From an uncultured delta proteobacterium (GTDB lineage: Bacteria; Myxococcota; Myxococcia; SLRQ01): a stretch of 64,000 nt of DNA. The stretch spans positions 93,635-157,634 of the forward strand of contig CAVSGM010000005.1 of NCBI GenBank assembly GCA_963727485.1, written 5' to 3'. The translations under genes were made by a program, and so were the position numbers. Shown here one piece after another: positions 39,925 to 49,266 of the stretch (positions within the stretch are counted from its first letter, which is position 1; every line of letters begins with the position of its first letter). The notes under the pieces are model-generated. The model worked only from the letters and a program-made list of their open reading frames with translations. It was not told the origin of the DNA and searched no databases.

Positions 39925-41370
39925 ATGGCGGTCCAAGAGGCGACCCAGACCGACGCGGCGTTCCTCCAGGCCCTCTACAAGGGCTCGGATCTCCTGGGCA
40001 AGGGCGAGCTCGAGCCCGCCCGGGAGGCCCTGGAGGAGGCCCTGGGCATGCGCCCGGACGACGAGAAGGCGCGAAACCTCCTGGGGCTCGCGTGCTTCAA
40101 GCTCGGGGACCACGACCGGGCCCTGAAGATCTACGACGGCCTGGTCGACCAGAACCCCACCGACCCCACGCTCCGGGTGAACCTGGGGCTGGTCCACCTC
40201 AAGAGCGGGCGCTTCGAGGACGCCATCCGCGAGCTCTCCGCCGCGGTGGACCTCGAGCCCGACCACCGGCGCGCCCAGAACTACCTGGGGCTCGCCTACG
40301 CCCGGGTCGGCGACTACGCCCAGGCCCGGGAGTGCTTCGCCGCCGCCGGCTCCGAGCAGATGGTCGAGCGGATGGACAAGGCGCTGGCCGGGGAGCCCTA
40401 CCAGGGGCAGGCGGCGTCGGCCGGGCCCGCGTTCTCGGCCATCGCCGAGCCCCCCGGGGGCGCCGAGGACGGGGTCGCCGGGGCCGCCGACGCGGACGCC
40501 GAGGCCGAGGCCGACGGGGACGACGGCGAGATCGAGATCGAGGCCGCCGACGTCGCCGAGGAGGCCGACGCCTTCGCCGCCGAGGACGCCGCCGCCGACG
40601 ACGAGGCGGTCCTGGTGGAGGTCGACCTCACCGACATCCCCGCCGCCGAGGGCGAGATCGATCCCTTCCCCGCCGCCGCCACGGTCCAGGTCCCCGCCGC
40701 CGACCGCACGGCCACCTGGACCCAGGCGCGGCCCCTCATCGCCGAGGCCCGGGCCCTCTCGGTCGCCGCTCCCGAGACCGGCGCCTTCGCCGTGGGGGCG
40801 CACCTGGTGGTCTGCCGGGTCGAGGGCCAGCTCCTCGCCCGGGTCGAGGGCCTCATCGCCGCCGAGGGGAGCCTCGCCTTCGCCCCGGAGGTGAAGCGCT
40901 TCCGGGGCCGGGCCACGGACAAGCCCTTTGGGGAGGGGGCGGGGCGGATGCTCCGGGTCACCGGCGACGGCCGGCTCCTCCTCGCCCGGGGCGGCGCCAC
41001 CTTCTCGGCCCTGGAGATCGACGGGGTCGACGGCTACTTCCAGGAGGAGACGGTCTTCGCCTTCGGCGAGGACGTCATCTACGAGAACGGCCGGGTCCCC
41101 TCCAGCGTCTCCCCGGACCTGAACCTGGTCCACCTCCGGGGCGCCGGGGCGGTGCTCGTCCGCACCGTCGGCGAGGTGGTCACCATGCGCCTCGAGGAGG
41201 GCCGCTCGATGCGGGTGCCCATGGCGCGGCTGGTGGGCTGGCACGGCGGCATCACCCCGCGGCTCGCGGCCTTCGCCGACGAGGGCGGCGAGGACGGCGG
41301 GGCGCTTACGGGCGTGGAGCTCACCGGCGAGGGCGTGGTCCTCCTTTGCCTCCCCCCCGGCGAGGGCTGA
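39925..41370 (+). CDS. TPR + acidic linker + AIM24-like domain protein
   Basis: N-terminal TPRs (NLLGLACFKLG, NLGLVHLKSG); C-terminal beta domain with VTGDGRLLL, HLRGAGAV, LVGW, ELTGEGVVLL. Confidence 0.75.
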   Translation: MAVQEATQTDAAFLQALYKGSDLLGKGELEPAREALEEALGMRPDDEKARNLLGLACFKLGDHDRALKIYDGLVDQNPTDPTLRVNLGLVHLKSGRFEDAIRELSAAVDLEPDHRRAQNYLGLAYARVGDYAQARECFAAAGSEQMVERMDKALAGEPYQGQAASAGPAFSAIAEPPGGAEDGVAGAADADAEAEADGDDGEIEIEAADVAEEADAFAAEDAAADDEAVLVEVDLTDIPAAEGEIDPFPAAATVQVPAADRTATWTQARPLIAEARALSVAAPETGAFAVGAHLVVCRVEGQLLARVEGLIAAEGSLAFAPEVKRFRGRATDKPFGEGAGRMLRVTGDGRLLLARGGATFSALEIDGVDGYFQEETVFAFGEDVIYENGRVPSSVSPDLNLVHLRGAGAVLVRTVGEVVTMRLEEGRSMRVPMARLVGWHGGITPRLAAFADEGGEDGGALTGVELTGEGVVLLCLPPGEG

Positions 41371-41373
41371 CCG

Positions 41374-42126
41374 ATGGCCCGGCGGCGGCTGACCGAGGAG
41401 GCCCTGAACCTCCCGAACATGCTGACCCTGGGCCGGATCCTCCTGATCCCGGTCTTCTGCGTCTTCCTCTACTACGAGACCCGCCTCAACTCGTTCATCG
41501 CGGCGCTGCTCTTCATCGCCGCCGGCCTCACCGACGTGGTGGACGGGTTCCTCGCCCGGCGCCTGAACCTGATCACGGTCCTGGGGAAGTTCCTGGACCC
41601 CATCGCCGACAAGCTGATGGTGATGGCGGCCCTGGTGATGCTCCTGGCGCTCGGCCGGGTGCCCGCCTGGGTGGTCATCGTCATCCTGGCCCGGGAGTTC
41701 GTCATCAGCGCCCTGCGCACCCTGGCCATGAGCGAGGGGGTGGTCATCGCGGCGGGGCAGGGCGGCAAGTGGAAGACCAGCCTCCAGGTGCTCGGCCTGG
41801 TGGGGCTCATCATCCACTACCGCTACGCCATCGACTTCGTGGTGGCCCAGGTCAACGTCGACGTGGGGCGGCTGGGGCTGTGGCTGCTCTACCTCTCGGT
41901 GGTGCCGGCGATCCTCTCGGCGGTGGAGTACTTCCGGTCGTTCTGGCTGGCGGTGCAGGAGAAGGAGGCGTCCACGGCCGACGTCGCCGAGCTCGCCGCC
42001 GAGGAGCGCGAGGCCACGGAGGACGATGACGCCACCCCCGGGCCGCCGCGGCACCTCTCGGCGGAGGTGGCGGGGGACGACGAGGGGCCGGACGAGCCCC
42101 GGACCGGGGCCCCACGGCACGCTTGA
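41374..42126 (+). CDS. pgsA: CDP-diacylglycerol--glycerol-3-phosphate 3-phosphatidyltransferase
   Basis: NLPNMLTLGR, TDVVDGFLARR...GKFLDPIADK, GKWKT. Confidence 0.95.
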   Translation: MARRRLTEEALNLPNMLTLGRILLIPVFCVFLYYETRLNSFIAALLFIAAGLTDVVDGFLARRLNLITVLGKFLDPIADKLMVMAALVMLLALGRVPAWVVIVILAREFVISALRTLAMSEGVVIAAGQGGKWKTSLQVLGLVGLIIHYRYAIDFVVAQVNVDVGRLGLWLLYLSVVPAILSAVEYFRSFWLAVQEKEASTADVAELAAEEREATEDDDATPGPPRHLSAEVAGDDEGPDEPRTGAPRHA

Positions 42127-42152
42127 CACCGGTGCCCCGGGGGCCCTAATAA
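42123..42152 (+). promoter_or_regulatory. sigma70-type promoter for tRNA-Gly
   Basis: TTGACA (containing the pgsA stop codon)-N18-TAATAA. Confidence 0.65.
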
Positions 42153-42185
42153 GGGCCCTCGCGCCCCGGCGCCGAGTTCGAATAT

Positions 42186-42260
<75 letters not shown>

Positions 42261-42262
42261 AG

Positions 42263-42298
42263 AGAGGCCCGGAATCTTCACAGGTTCCGGGCCTTTCG
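42263..42298 (+). terminator. Hairpin terminator after tRNA-Gly
   Basis: aggcccggaa...ttccgggcct followed by ttc. Confidence 0.65.
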
Positions 42299-42418
42299 CC
42301 GTTCTGGGGGCGGGCTGCAATCCGCCCCGGGCCCGCCATGGGGGAGGCCCCCGGGGGCGCAAGCCACCGTTGCCGGCCGGGACCCCTGCTCTAGCCTTCT
42401 CCCGTCGGGGAGGCAGCC

Positions 42419-43744
42419 ATGCGAGACGTGCGTGCAGGCGCCGGGGTGACCTCGCCCCGCATCGGGGGAGATGTCGCGCCGGGGTTCGAGGCGGTCCGCG
42501 CGGAGTTCATCCGCAACTTCACCGCGCGCGGGGAGGTGGGCGCGGCGGTGGCGGCGTACTGGCGCGGCGAGAAGGTGGTCGACCTCTGGGGCGGCCGCCG
42601 GGCGCTGACGGGCTATGCGCCCTGGGAGGAGGACACGATGGTCATCGTGCACTCCACCACCAAGGGCCTCTCGGCCCTGGCCCTGGCGGTCGCCGTGGCG
42701 CGCGGCTACGTGGACTACGACCTGCCGGTGGCCCACTACTGGCCCGAGTTCGCCCAGCACGGCAAGGCCACCATCACCGTGCGCCAGCTCATGGGCCACG
42801 AGGCGGGCCTGGTGTGGCTCGACACGCCGCTGGAGGTCGAGGCGGTCCGCGACCTCGACACCCTCTCGCGGATCCTGGCGCGGCAGCGGCCGCGGTGGAA
42901 GCCGGGGACGCGCCACGGCTACCACGCCATGACCATCGGCCTCTACCTCCAGGAGCTCATCCGCCACGCCGACCCCAAGCACCGCACCCTGGGCCGGTTC
43001 TTCCACGACGAGATCGCCGACAAGCTCGGGGTCGACTTCTACATCGGGCTCCCCCGGCGGATCCCCGAGCGGCGCCTGGCGCGCATCATGCCCCTGTCCC
43101 GGGCCGGCGCCTTCCAGGCCCTGCCCACCACGCCCTGGCCGCTCTTGGTGCGGGTGATGTGGCCGTGGTCGCGGCTGCGCCACTCCCTGCTCTTCGACAC
43201 CGCCGACTGGAACGACCGCCGCAGCCTCGAGGTGGAGCTCCCCGCGGGCAACGGGGTGGGCACCGCCCGCGCCATCGCCCGGGTGTACTCGGCGTTCGCC
43301 GAGGGCGGCGGCGAGCTGGGCGTGGGGCCCGACGTCATGGGCCAGCTCACCGCGCCGCCGCGCACCGACCTGGGGGACGACTGGGTCCTCGGCGTGGAGA
43401 GCAGGTACGCGCTGGGGTTCCTGCGGCCCGGGCCGGGATCCGAGTTCGGGTCGAGCGGGCGGGCCTTCGGGACGCCCGGCGCCGGCGGGTCGTTCGGCTT
43501 CGCCAATCCCGACGGGCGCGTGGGCTACGCCTACGTGATGAACAAGACCGGGTACTTCCTCTTCGACGACCCCCGGGAGAAGCCGCTGCGCGAGGCGCTG
43601 TACCGGGCGATCGCGGCGCGGGAGGCGGCCGAGCGTCGCGAGGCGCCGTCGCCGGAGAAGCCGGGGCGGCGGGAGGTGCCCGCGGCGACCGAGCGGCCGG
43701 AGCCGCCACGACACGAGCCGCCGAGACCGGACGGCAGGCCGTAG
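42419..43744 (+). CDS. Serine hydrolase, beta-lactamase/EstA family (family VIII esterase-like)
   Basis: HSTTKG (SxxK), VAHYWPEF, LMGHEAG, HGYHA, GAGGSFGFANP. Confidence 0.9.
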   Translation: MRDVRAGAGVTSPRIGGDVAPGFEAVRAEFIRNFTARGEVGAAVAAYWRGEKVVDLWGGRRALTGYAPWEEDTMVIVHSTTKGLSALALAVAVARGYVDYDLPVAHYWPEFAQHGKATITVRQLMGHEAGLVWLDTPLEVEAVRDLDTLSRILARQRPRWKPGTRHGYHAMTIGLYLQELIRHADPKHRTLGRFFHDEIADKLGVDFYIGLPRRIPERRLARIMPLSRAGAFQALPTTPWPLLVRVMWPWSRLRHSLLFDTADWNDRRSLEVELPAGNGVGTARAIARVYSAFAEGGGELGVGPDVMGQLTAPPRTDLGDDWVLGVESRYALGFLRPGPGSEFGSSGRAFGTPGAGGSFGFANPDGRVGYAYVMNKTGYFLFDDPREKPLREALYRAIAAREAAERREAPSPEKPGRREVPAATERPEPPRHEPPRPDGRP

Positions 43745-43756
43745 CCTCCCGGTGCG

Positions 43757-43793
43757 TTGGCATCAAGACATCAGACTCGCTATGCTTTGATGC
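43757..43793 (+). promoter_or_regulatory. vapBC promoter with overlapping inverted-repeat operator
   Basis: TTGGCA-N18-TATGCT; GCATCAAGACAT...ATGCTTTGATGC inverted repeat directly before the ATG. Confidence 0.65.
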
Positions 43794-44037
43794 ATGCGCA
43801 CCACCCTCACCCTGGAGCCCGACGTCGCCGAGGCCCTCCAGCGCCTCCGTGACGCAGAAGGGCCTGACCCTCAAGGAGGCGGTGAACGAGGCCCTGCGCC
43901 TCGGCCTGGTGCAGCTCGCCCAGCCGAGGCGCCGCAAGGCGTTCCACACCCGGGAGGTGTCGCTCCGGCCCCGGGCCTCCAACGTCGACGACGTCGCCGA
44001 GGCCCTGGCGCTGGCCGAGGGGGACGACTTCCGGTGA
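43794..44037 (+). CDS. vapB: VapB-type ribbon-helix-helix antitoxin (frameshift near 43853)
   Basis: MRTTLTLEPDVAEALQRL, then shifted KGLTLKEAVNEALRLGL...ALAEGDDFR*; stop overlaps the toxin start (GTGA). Confidence 0.8.
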
Positions 44038-44474
44038 TCCTCGTCGACGCGAACCTCCTCATCTACGCCCACGTGAAGGGCTTCGCCGAGCACGCCGCCG
44101 CCCGCGCCTGGCTCGACGCACGCCTGGGGGGCACCGGGCGGGTGGGGCTCCCCTGGCCCTCGCTCCTCGCCTTCGTGCGCCTGGTGACCAACCCCCGGGT
44201 CTTCGAGCGCCCCGAGCCCATGCGGGATGCCTGGCGCCAGGTGGAGGCCTGGCTCGGGGCGCCCGCCGCCTGGGTGCCGGCGCCGACCGCGCGGCACGCC
44301 GAGGTCCTCGCCGGGCTCATGCCCGCGGTGACCCGCGCGAACCTCGTCCCCGACGCACACCTGGCGGCGCTGGCCATGGAGCACGGGCTGACCCTGTGCA
44401 GCACCGACGGCGACTTCGCGCGCTTCGAGGGGCTGGCGTGGGAGAACCCGGTGACGCCCGGGACGCCCGGCTGA
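44034..44474 (+). CDS. vapC: VapC PIN-domain toxin
   Basis: ILVDANLLIYA, NLVPDAHLAALAMEHG, STDGDFARF. Confidence 0.92.
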   Translation: MILVDANLLIYAHVKGFAEHAAARAWLDARLGGTGRVGLPWPSLLAFVRLVTNPRVFERPEPMRDAWRQVEAWLGAPAAWVPAPTARHAEVLAGLMPAVTRANLVPDAHLAALAMEHGLTLCSTDGDFARFEGLAWENPVTPGTPG

Positions 44475-44526
44475 CCTCGCCCCCCCACGGCTGACGCCAC
44501 GCGCCGCCTGTCGTACCCTGCCCCCC

Positions 44527-46779
44527 ATGCGCATCGTCAGTGTCGGCGGCGGCCCCGCGGGGCTCTACTTCGCGATCCTCGCCAAGCAGGCGTTCCCGGA
44601 CGCCCGGATCGAGGTCTACGAGCGGAACCCCCCCGGCGCCACCCACGGCTGGGGCGTGGTCTTCTCCGACGAGACGCTTGGCAACTTCATGGAGGCCGAC
44701 GCCCCGAGCTTCCACGCCATCACCGGCGAGATGATCTACTGGACGGACATCGAGACCTTCTACCGGGGCGAGAAGATCGTCTCCACCGGCCACGGGTTCT
44801 CGGGGTTCTCGCGCCGGCGGCTCCTGGAGATCCTCCAGGACCGGGCCACCGAGGTGGGCGTCGAGGTCACCTACGAGACCGAGATCGACGACCTCTCCCA
44901 GTTCAAGGACGCCGACCTGGTGCTGGCCGCCGACGGGGTCAACAGCAAGGTCCGCACCCAGCTCGCCGAGCACTTCCAGCCCACCATCACCCAGGGCACG
45001 GCGCGCTTCACCTGGCTCGGCACCGACCTGCCGCTCTCGGCGTTCACCTTCATCTTCGAGGAGAACGAGCACGGGCTCTTCCAGGTCCACGCCTATCCCT
45101 TCGAGGCGGACAGGAGCACCTTCATCGTCGAGTGCCACGAGGACGTGTGGCAACGCGCCGGCCTCGACCAGGCGAGCGAAGAGGACACGGTCGCCTACTG
45201 CGAGAAGCTCTTCGCGAAGCACCTCGGCGGCCACAAGCTGCTGACCAACAAGTCCATCTGGCGCAGCTTCCCCGTGGTGGAGAACGCCACCTGGCACCAC
45301 GACAACGTGGTGCTCGTGGGCGACGCCGCCCACACCGCGCACTTCTCCATCGGCTCGGGGACCAAGCTCGCCATGGAGGACGCCATCGCGCTGGTCGACG
45401 CCCTCGTCGAGCACGGCACCGGCGACATCCCCCAGGCGCTCGCCGCCTACCAGGAGGCCCGCGAGCTCACCGTGCTCAAGACCCAGAAGGCCGCGCGCAC
45501 CAGCCAGACCTGGTTCGAGAACAGCGCCCGGTACCTGGGCCAGGCGCCGCTCCAGTTCACCTTCAACCTCCTGTCGCGGAGCAAGAAGGTCACCTACGAC
45601 AACCTCGAGCTGCGCGACCCGGCGTTCATCGAGCGCATCGACCGCTGGTACATGGACCACGTGGGCGCCACGCCCGCGAGCGACGGCGACGTGCCGCCGC
45701 CCGTGTTCACGCCGGCAAAGGTCGGCAGCCTCACGCTCAACAACCGCATCGTGGTCTCGCCCATGTGCCAGTACTCCGCCGACGACGGCACCGTGAACGA
45801 CTGGCACCTGGTCCACCTGGGGAGCCGCGCCATCGGCGGGCCCGGGCTGTTGATCACCGAGATGGCCGACGTCAGCCCCGAGGGTCGCATCACCCAAGGC
45901 TGCGCCGGGATGTGGAACGACGCCCACGTCGACGCCTGGAAGCGCGTCACCGACTTCGTCCACGGAAGCAGCCAGACCCCCATCGGGATCCAGCTCGCCC
46001 ACGCCGGGCGCAAGGCCTCGTGCCATAGGCCCTGGGACGGCGGCGGGCCGCTTGCGCCGGGCGAGGGCGCCTGGGACACCCTCGGCCCCTCGGCCATCCC
46101 CTTCGACGCCGGGTGGCACACCCCGAGGGCCATGGACCGGGCCGACATGGACCGCGTCACCGCCGCCTTCGCCGAGGGCGCCCGGCGCGCCGAGCGGGCG
46201 GGCTTCGACGCCATCGAGCTGCACATGGCCCACGGCTACCTCCTCTCGGAGTTCATCTCGCCCTTGGTGAACCGCCGGACCGACGCGTACGGCGGCGACG
46301 TCGAGGCCCGGATGCGCTATCCGCTGGAGGTCCTCGACGCCGTCCGCGCCGCCTGGCCGGACAAGCCGCTCTTGGTCCGCATCTCCGCCAGCGACTGGCT
46401 CGACGACGAGGGCGGGCTGACCATCGAGGACTCGCTGACCGTGGCCAGGCTCCTGGAGGAGCACGGCTGCGACTGCCTCGACGTCAGCAGCGGCGGCAAC
46501 GTGCCCGGCTCGAAGATCGTCTACGGGCGGATGTACCAGGTACCCTTCGCCGAGCAGATCAAGGCCGTGGTGCAGATCCCGGTGATGACCGTGGGGGCCA
46601 TCCTCGGCGCCGACCACGCCAACACCATCCTCGCCGCCGGGCGCGCCGACCTCTGCGCCATGGCCCGCCCCCACCTGCGCGACCCCTACCTCACCCTGCG
46701 CGCCGCCTCCGACTACGGCTACGTGGACCAGCCGTGGCCGCCCCAGTACGAGCGGGCGAAGCTCGAGAAGAAGCGCTAG
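44527..46779 (+). CDS. abmA: Bifunctional 2-aminobenzoyl-CoA monooxygenase/reductase (salicylyl-CoA 5-hydroxylase family): FAD monooxygenase + Old Yellow Enzyme domain
   Basis: GGGPAGLYF, GWGVVFSD, GDAAHTAHFSIGSGTKLAMED; NRIVVSPMCQYSA, QLAHAGRK, HMAHGYLL. Confidence 0.9.
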   Translation: MRIVSVGGGPAGLYFAILAKQAFPDARIEVYERNPPGATHGWGVVFSDETLGNFMEADAPSFHAITGEMIYWTDIETFYRGEKIVSTGHGFSGFSRRRLLEILQDRATEVGVEVTYETEIDDLSQFKDADLVLAADGVNSKVRTQLAEHFQPTITQGTARFTWLGTDLPLSAFTFIFEENEHGLFQVHAYPFEADRSTFIVECHEDVWQRAGLDQASEEDTVAYCEKLFAKHLGGHKLLTNKSIWRSFPVVENATWHHDNVVLVGDAAHTAHFSIGSGTKLAMEDAIALVDALVEHGTGDIPQALAAYQEARELTVLKTQKAARTSQTWFENSARYLGQAPLQFTFNLLSRSKKVTYDNLELRDPAFIERIDRWYMDHVGATPASDGDVPPPVFTPAKVGSLTLNNRIVVSPMCQYSADDGTVNDWHLVHLGSRAIGGPGLLITEMADVSPEGRITQGCAGMWNDAHVDAWKRVTDFVHGSSQTPIGIQLAHAGRKASCHRPWDGGGPLAPGEGAWDTLGPSAIPFDAGWHTPRAMDRADMDRVTAAFAEGARRAERAGFDAIELHMAHGYLLSEFISPLVNRRTDAYGGDVEARMRYPLEVLDAVRAAWPDKPLLVRISASDWLDDEGGLTIEDSLTVARLLEEHGCDCLDVSSGGNVPGSKIVYGRMYQVPFAEQIKAVVQIPVMTVGAILGADHANTILAAGRADLCAMARPHLRDPYLTLRAASDYGYVDQPWPPQYERAKLEKKR

Positions 46780-48069
46780 GGCAGGGTGCCGCTGGCCAGC
46801 GACAGGCCCATCACCAGGTGGCCCGGGTGCGCCGGGTCGGCCATCGCCTCGGGGAGCGGCACGCCGATGCCCACCTGCCCGTCGCGATAGCTGAACAGCG
46901 ACCCGCCGCCGGCGCCCGGCGACGGCGCGTCCATGCCCCGGGTGAAGTAGAGCGACAGCCCGCCGCCGCCGAACATCCCCAACAGGGCGAGCACCGAGAC
47001 CACCTGGAGGCCGCTCCGGCTGTTCGAGGCGCTCTCGACGATGACGCCGATGCCGCCCAGGGTCAGGCCCCCGAGCAGCGCGCCGAGGTCCATGAGCAGC
47101 ACCCGGCTGCGGGAAAGGGGCATCTGGGTGCCCACCGCCAGGCCGATGGCCACGCCGAGGTTGGTGGCGAGGAGCAGGGTGCCGAAGGTCTGGTCGGAGT
47201 TCTGGGGCTGGATGAGGCCCAAAAGGGCGAGGCCCGTGGCCGTGCCCCAGAGGGCGCCGGAGCCGGCGAGGCTCGCGGCCCCAGGCGAGATATGAAGCGC
47301 CCGGCCGCCGAGGAAGCCGAGGCCCGCGCCGGCGACGGTGCCCAGGAGGGCGAGACCGGCGGTGGCCTGGCCGTCGGCGTGGGCCGAGGAGCGAAGCCAG
47401 GATGCCGTCGTAGGTGCCGAGCAGCATCCCATCGCTGTAGAGCACCGCCTCGCCCTCGCGGATGGGCCCGGTGCGGGTGCCCAGGAGGCTGGCGGTGAAG
47501 GCGAGGCCGGTGGTGAGGAGGACCAGCGACACGTTCAGGGCGGTGCTGTCCGACTGGAGCAGCAGGTCCGACTCGATGCCCACGCCGAGGCCGCCGAGGG
47601 TCGAGGAGGCCACGAAGGGGAAGCGCCCGGCGCGGGCGTCCTCGGTGGCCCTGGTGCCGGTGGCGCGCTTCAGCCGCGCCTCGGCGAAGGCGAGCAGCGC
47701 CAGGGCCCGGCCCCGGAGCTCGGGATCGCGGGCGTCGGCGGCCACCGTGGTGAGGATGGGCTCGGCCTCGGCGAAGCGGTCGGCGAGCATCAGGTCCATG
47801 GCGTGGTCGAGGCGCCTGTGGAGCTCGGCGTCCAGGGGCGGAGGGGGCGGCGGCGTGGGAGCCGGGGTCGCGGCCTTGGCGGGGGCCTTCGCCGGGGCGG
47901 GCTGGGTCGCCGGCGGGGGGGCGCTCGACGGTGGCGGGGCGCTCGACGGTGGCGGCGGCGGCGGCGCGTCCAGGGGCGCGGGGGCCTGCTGGGCCAGGGC
48001 GCTCACCGGCGCCACGGCGACCGCGAGGGAGACCACCAGGGCGACGAGATCGCGAGCATGGCTGCGCAT
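46776..48069 (-). CDS. Hypothetical secreted/membrane protein with Pro-rich linker, TPR-like helix pair and Gly-rich hydrophobic helices (frameshift near 47385)
   Basis: Signal peptide ending SALAQ; reading continues from the 44317..48099 frame into ORF 46776..47432. Confidence 0.6.
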
Positions 48070-48151
48070 GGTGCGGCGACGGTCCCACCCGGGATCCACC
48101 CTGTCAACAACACTGGTCCCCTCCGGCCGAGGGCACTAGTGTTGCCGCCAA

Positions 48152-49253
48152 ATGACGGCAACGAGACCCGACGTGATCGTGATCGGCGGCGGCATCATCG
48201 GCCTGGGAACGGCCTGGCGCCTCGCCGAGGCAGGGATGGCGGTGGAGCTGGTGGAGCGCGGCCGCGCCGGCGACGGCGCCTCCACCGCCGGCGCGGGGAT
48301 GCTCGCCTGGCGCGCCGAGTTCCAGGAGGCGAACGCCGCCTTCCGCCTCGCCCGCCGCTCGGCCACCCTCTGGGGCGCGTGGGTCGAGGCCCTCGGTGGC
48401 CCCGAGGCGGTGGACCTCGTCGACCGGGGGAGCCTGGTGGTCGTCCCCGAGCCCGAGGCCGAGGCCCTGGAGAACGAGCTCGCCTGGCAGCGCGAGGCGG
48501 GCCTGAACTTCGACGTCCTCGATGCCCGGGGCCTCGGGGCGAAGCTCCCCGGCGCCGCCCCCGCCGTCGCCTTCCACTTCCCCGACGAGCAGGCCATCGA
48601 TCCCCGCCGGGTCATGGGCCGCCTCCGGGAGGTGGCCACCGCCGCCGGGGTGCGCCTCCGGGAGGGCGTCACCGTGGAGCGCCTGGTCACCGAGGGCGAG
48701 CGGGTCGCCGGGGTGGAGACCACCGACGGCCGCCTCGAGGCCCCGCGGGTGGTCGCCGCCGCCGGCGCCTGGAGCACGAAGGTCGGCGGCGCCAGCGCCC
48801 TGGCCCCGGTGCGCCCGGTCCGCGGCCGAGATCCTCGTCCTCGAGGCGCCGGCCATGCCCCGCTACGTGGTCCGTGCCCCGCGCCGCTGCTACATGGTGC
48901 CCCGCACCGACGGCCGGCTCCTGGTGGGCTCGACCATGGAGGAGGTCGGCTTCGACGTGGGCACCACCGACGCCGCCCTCGACCGCCTCCGCACCGCGGC
49001 CGGCTCGGTGGTCCCGGCGCTCGCCACCGCGCCCCGGGCCGACGCCTGGGCGGGCCTGCGACCGATGACCTCCGACGGCGAGCCCCTCGTCGGCCCTTCG
49101 CAGGTGGCCGCGGGCCTGTGGTACGCCACCGGCCACGGGCGCAACGGCCTGCTCCTGGGGCCCGTCACCGCCGACCTCCTCGCCGGGTGGATCGGCGGCG
49201 GCGAGGCCCCCGGCGACGCCGCAGCCTGGGGCCCCGGCCGCTTCGGCCTCTAG
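48152..49253 (+). CDS. thiO: Glycine oxidase ThiO / D-amino acid oxidase family (frameshift near 48827)
   Basis: IGGGIIG, ASTAGAGML, PVRG(E)IL, YMVPR, WAGLRP, ATGHGRNGLLL. Confidence 0.85.
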
Positions 49254-49266
49254 CCCCGGGCGCCCG

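Noticed and set aside
43794..44474. Natural antitoxin-toxin fusion protein
   Set aside because: The middle of the ORF is out-of-frame nonsense; removing one base restores a normal VapB overlapping VapC by GTGA.
48070..48151. TPP riboswitch upstream of thiO
   Set aside because: The region is too short and lacks the CTGAGA and other conserved TPP aptamer elements.
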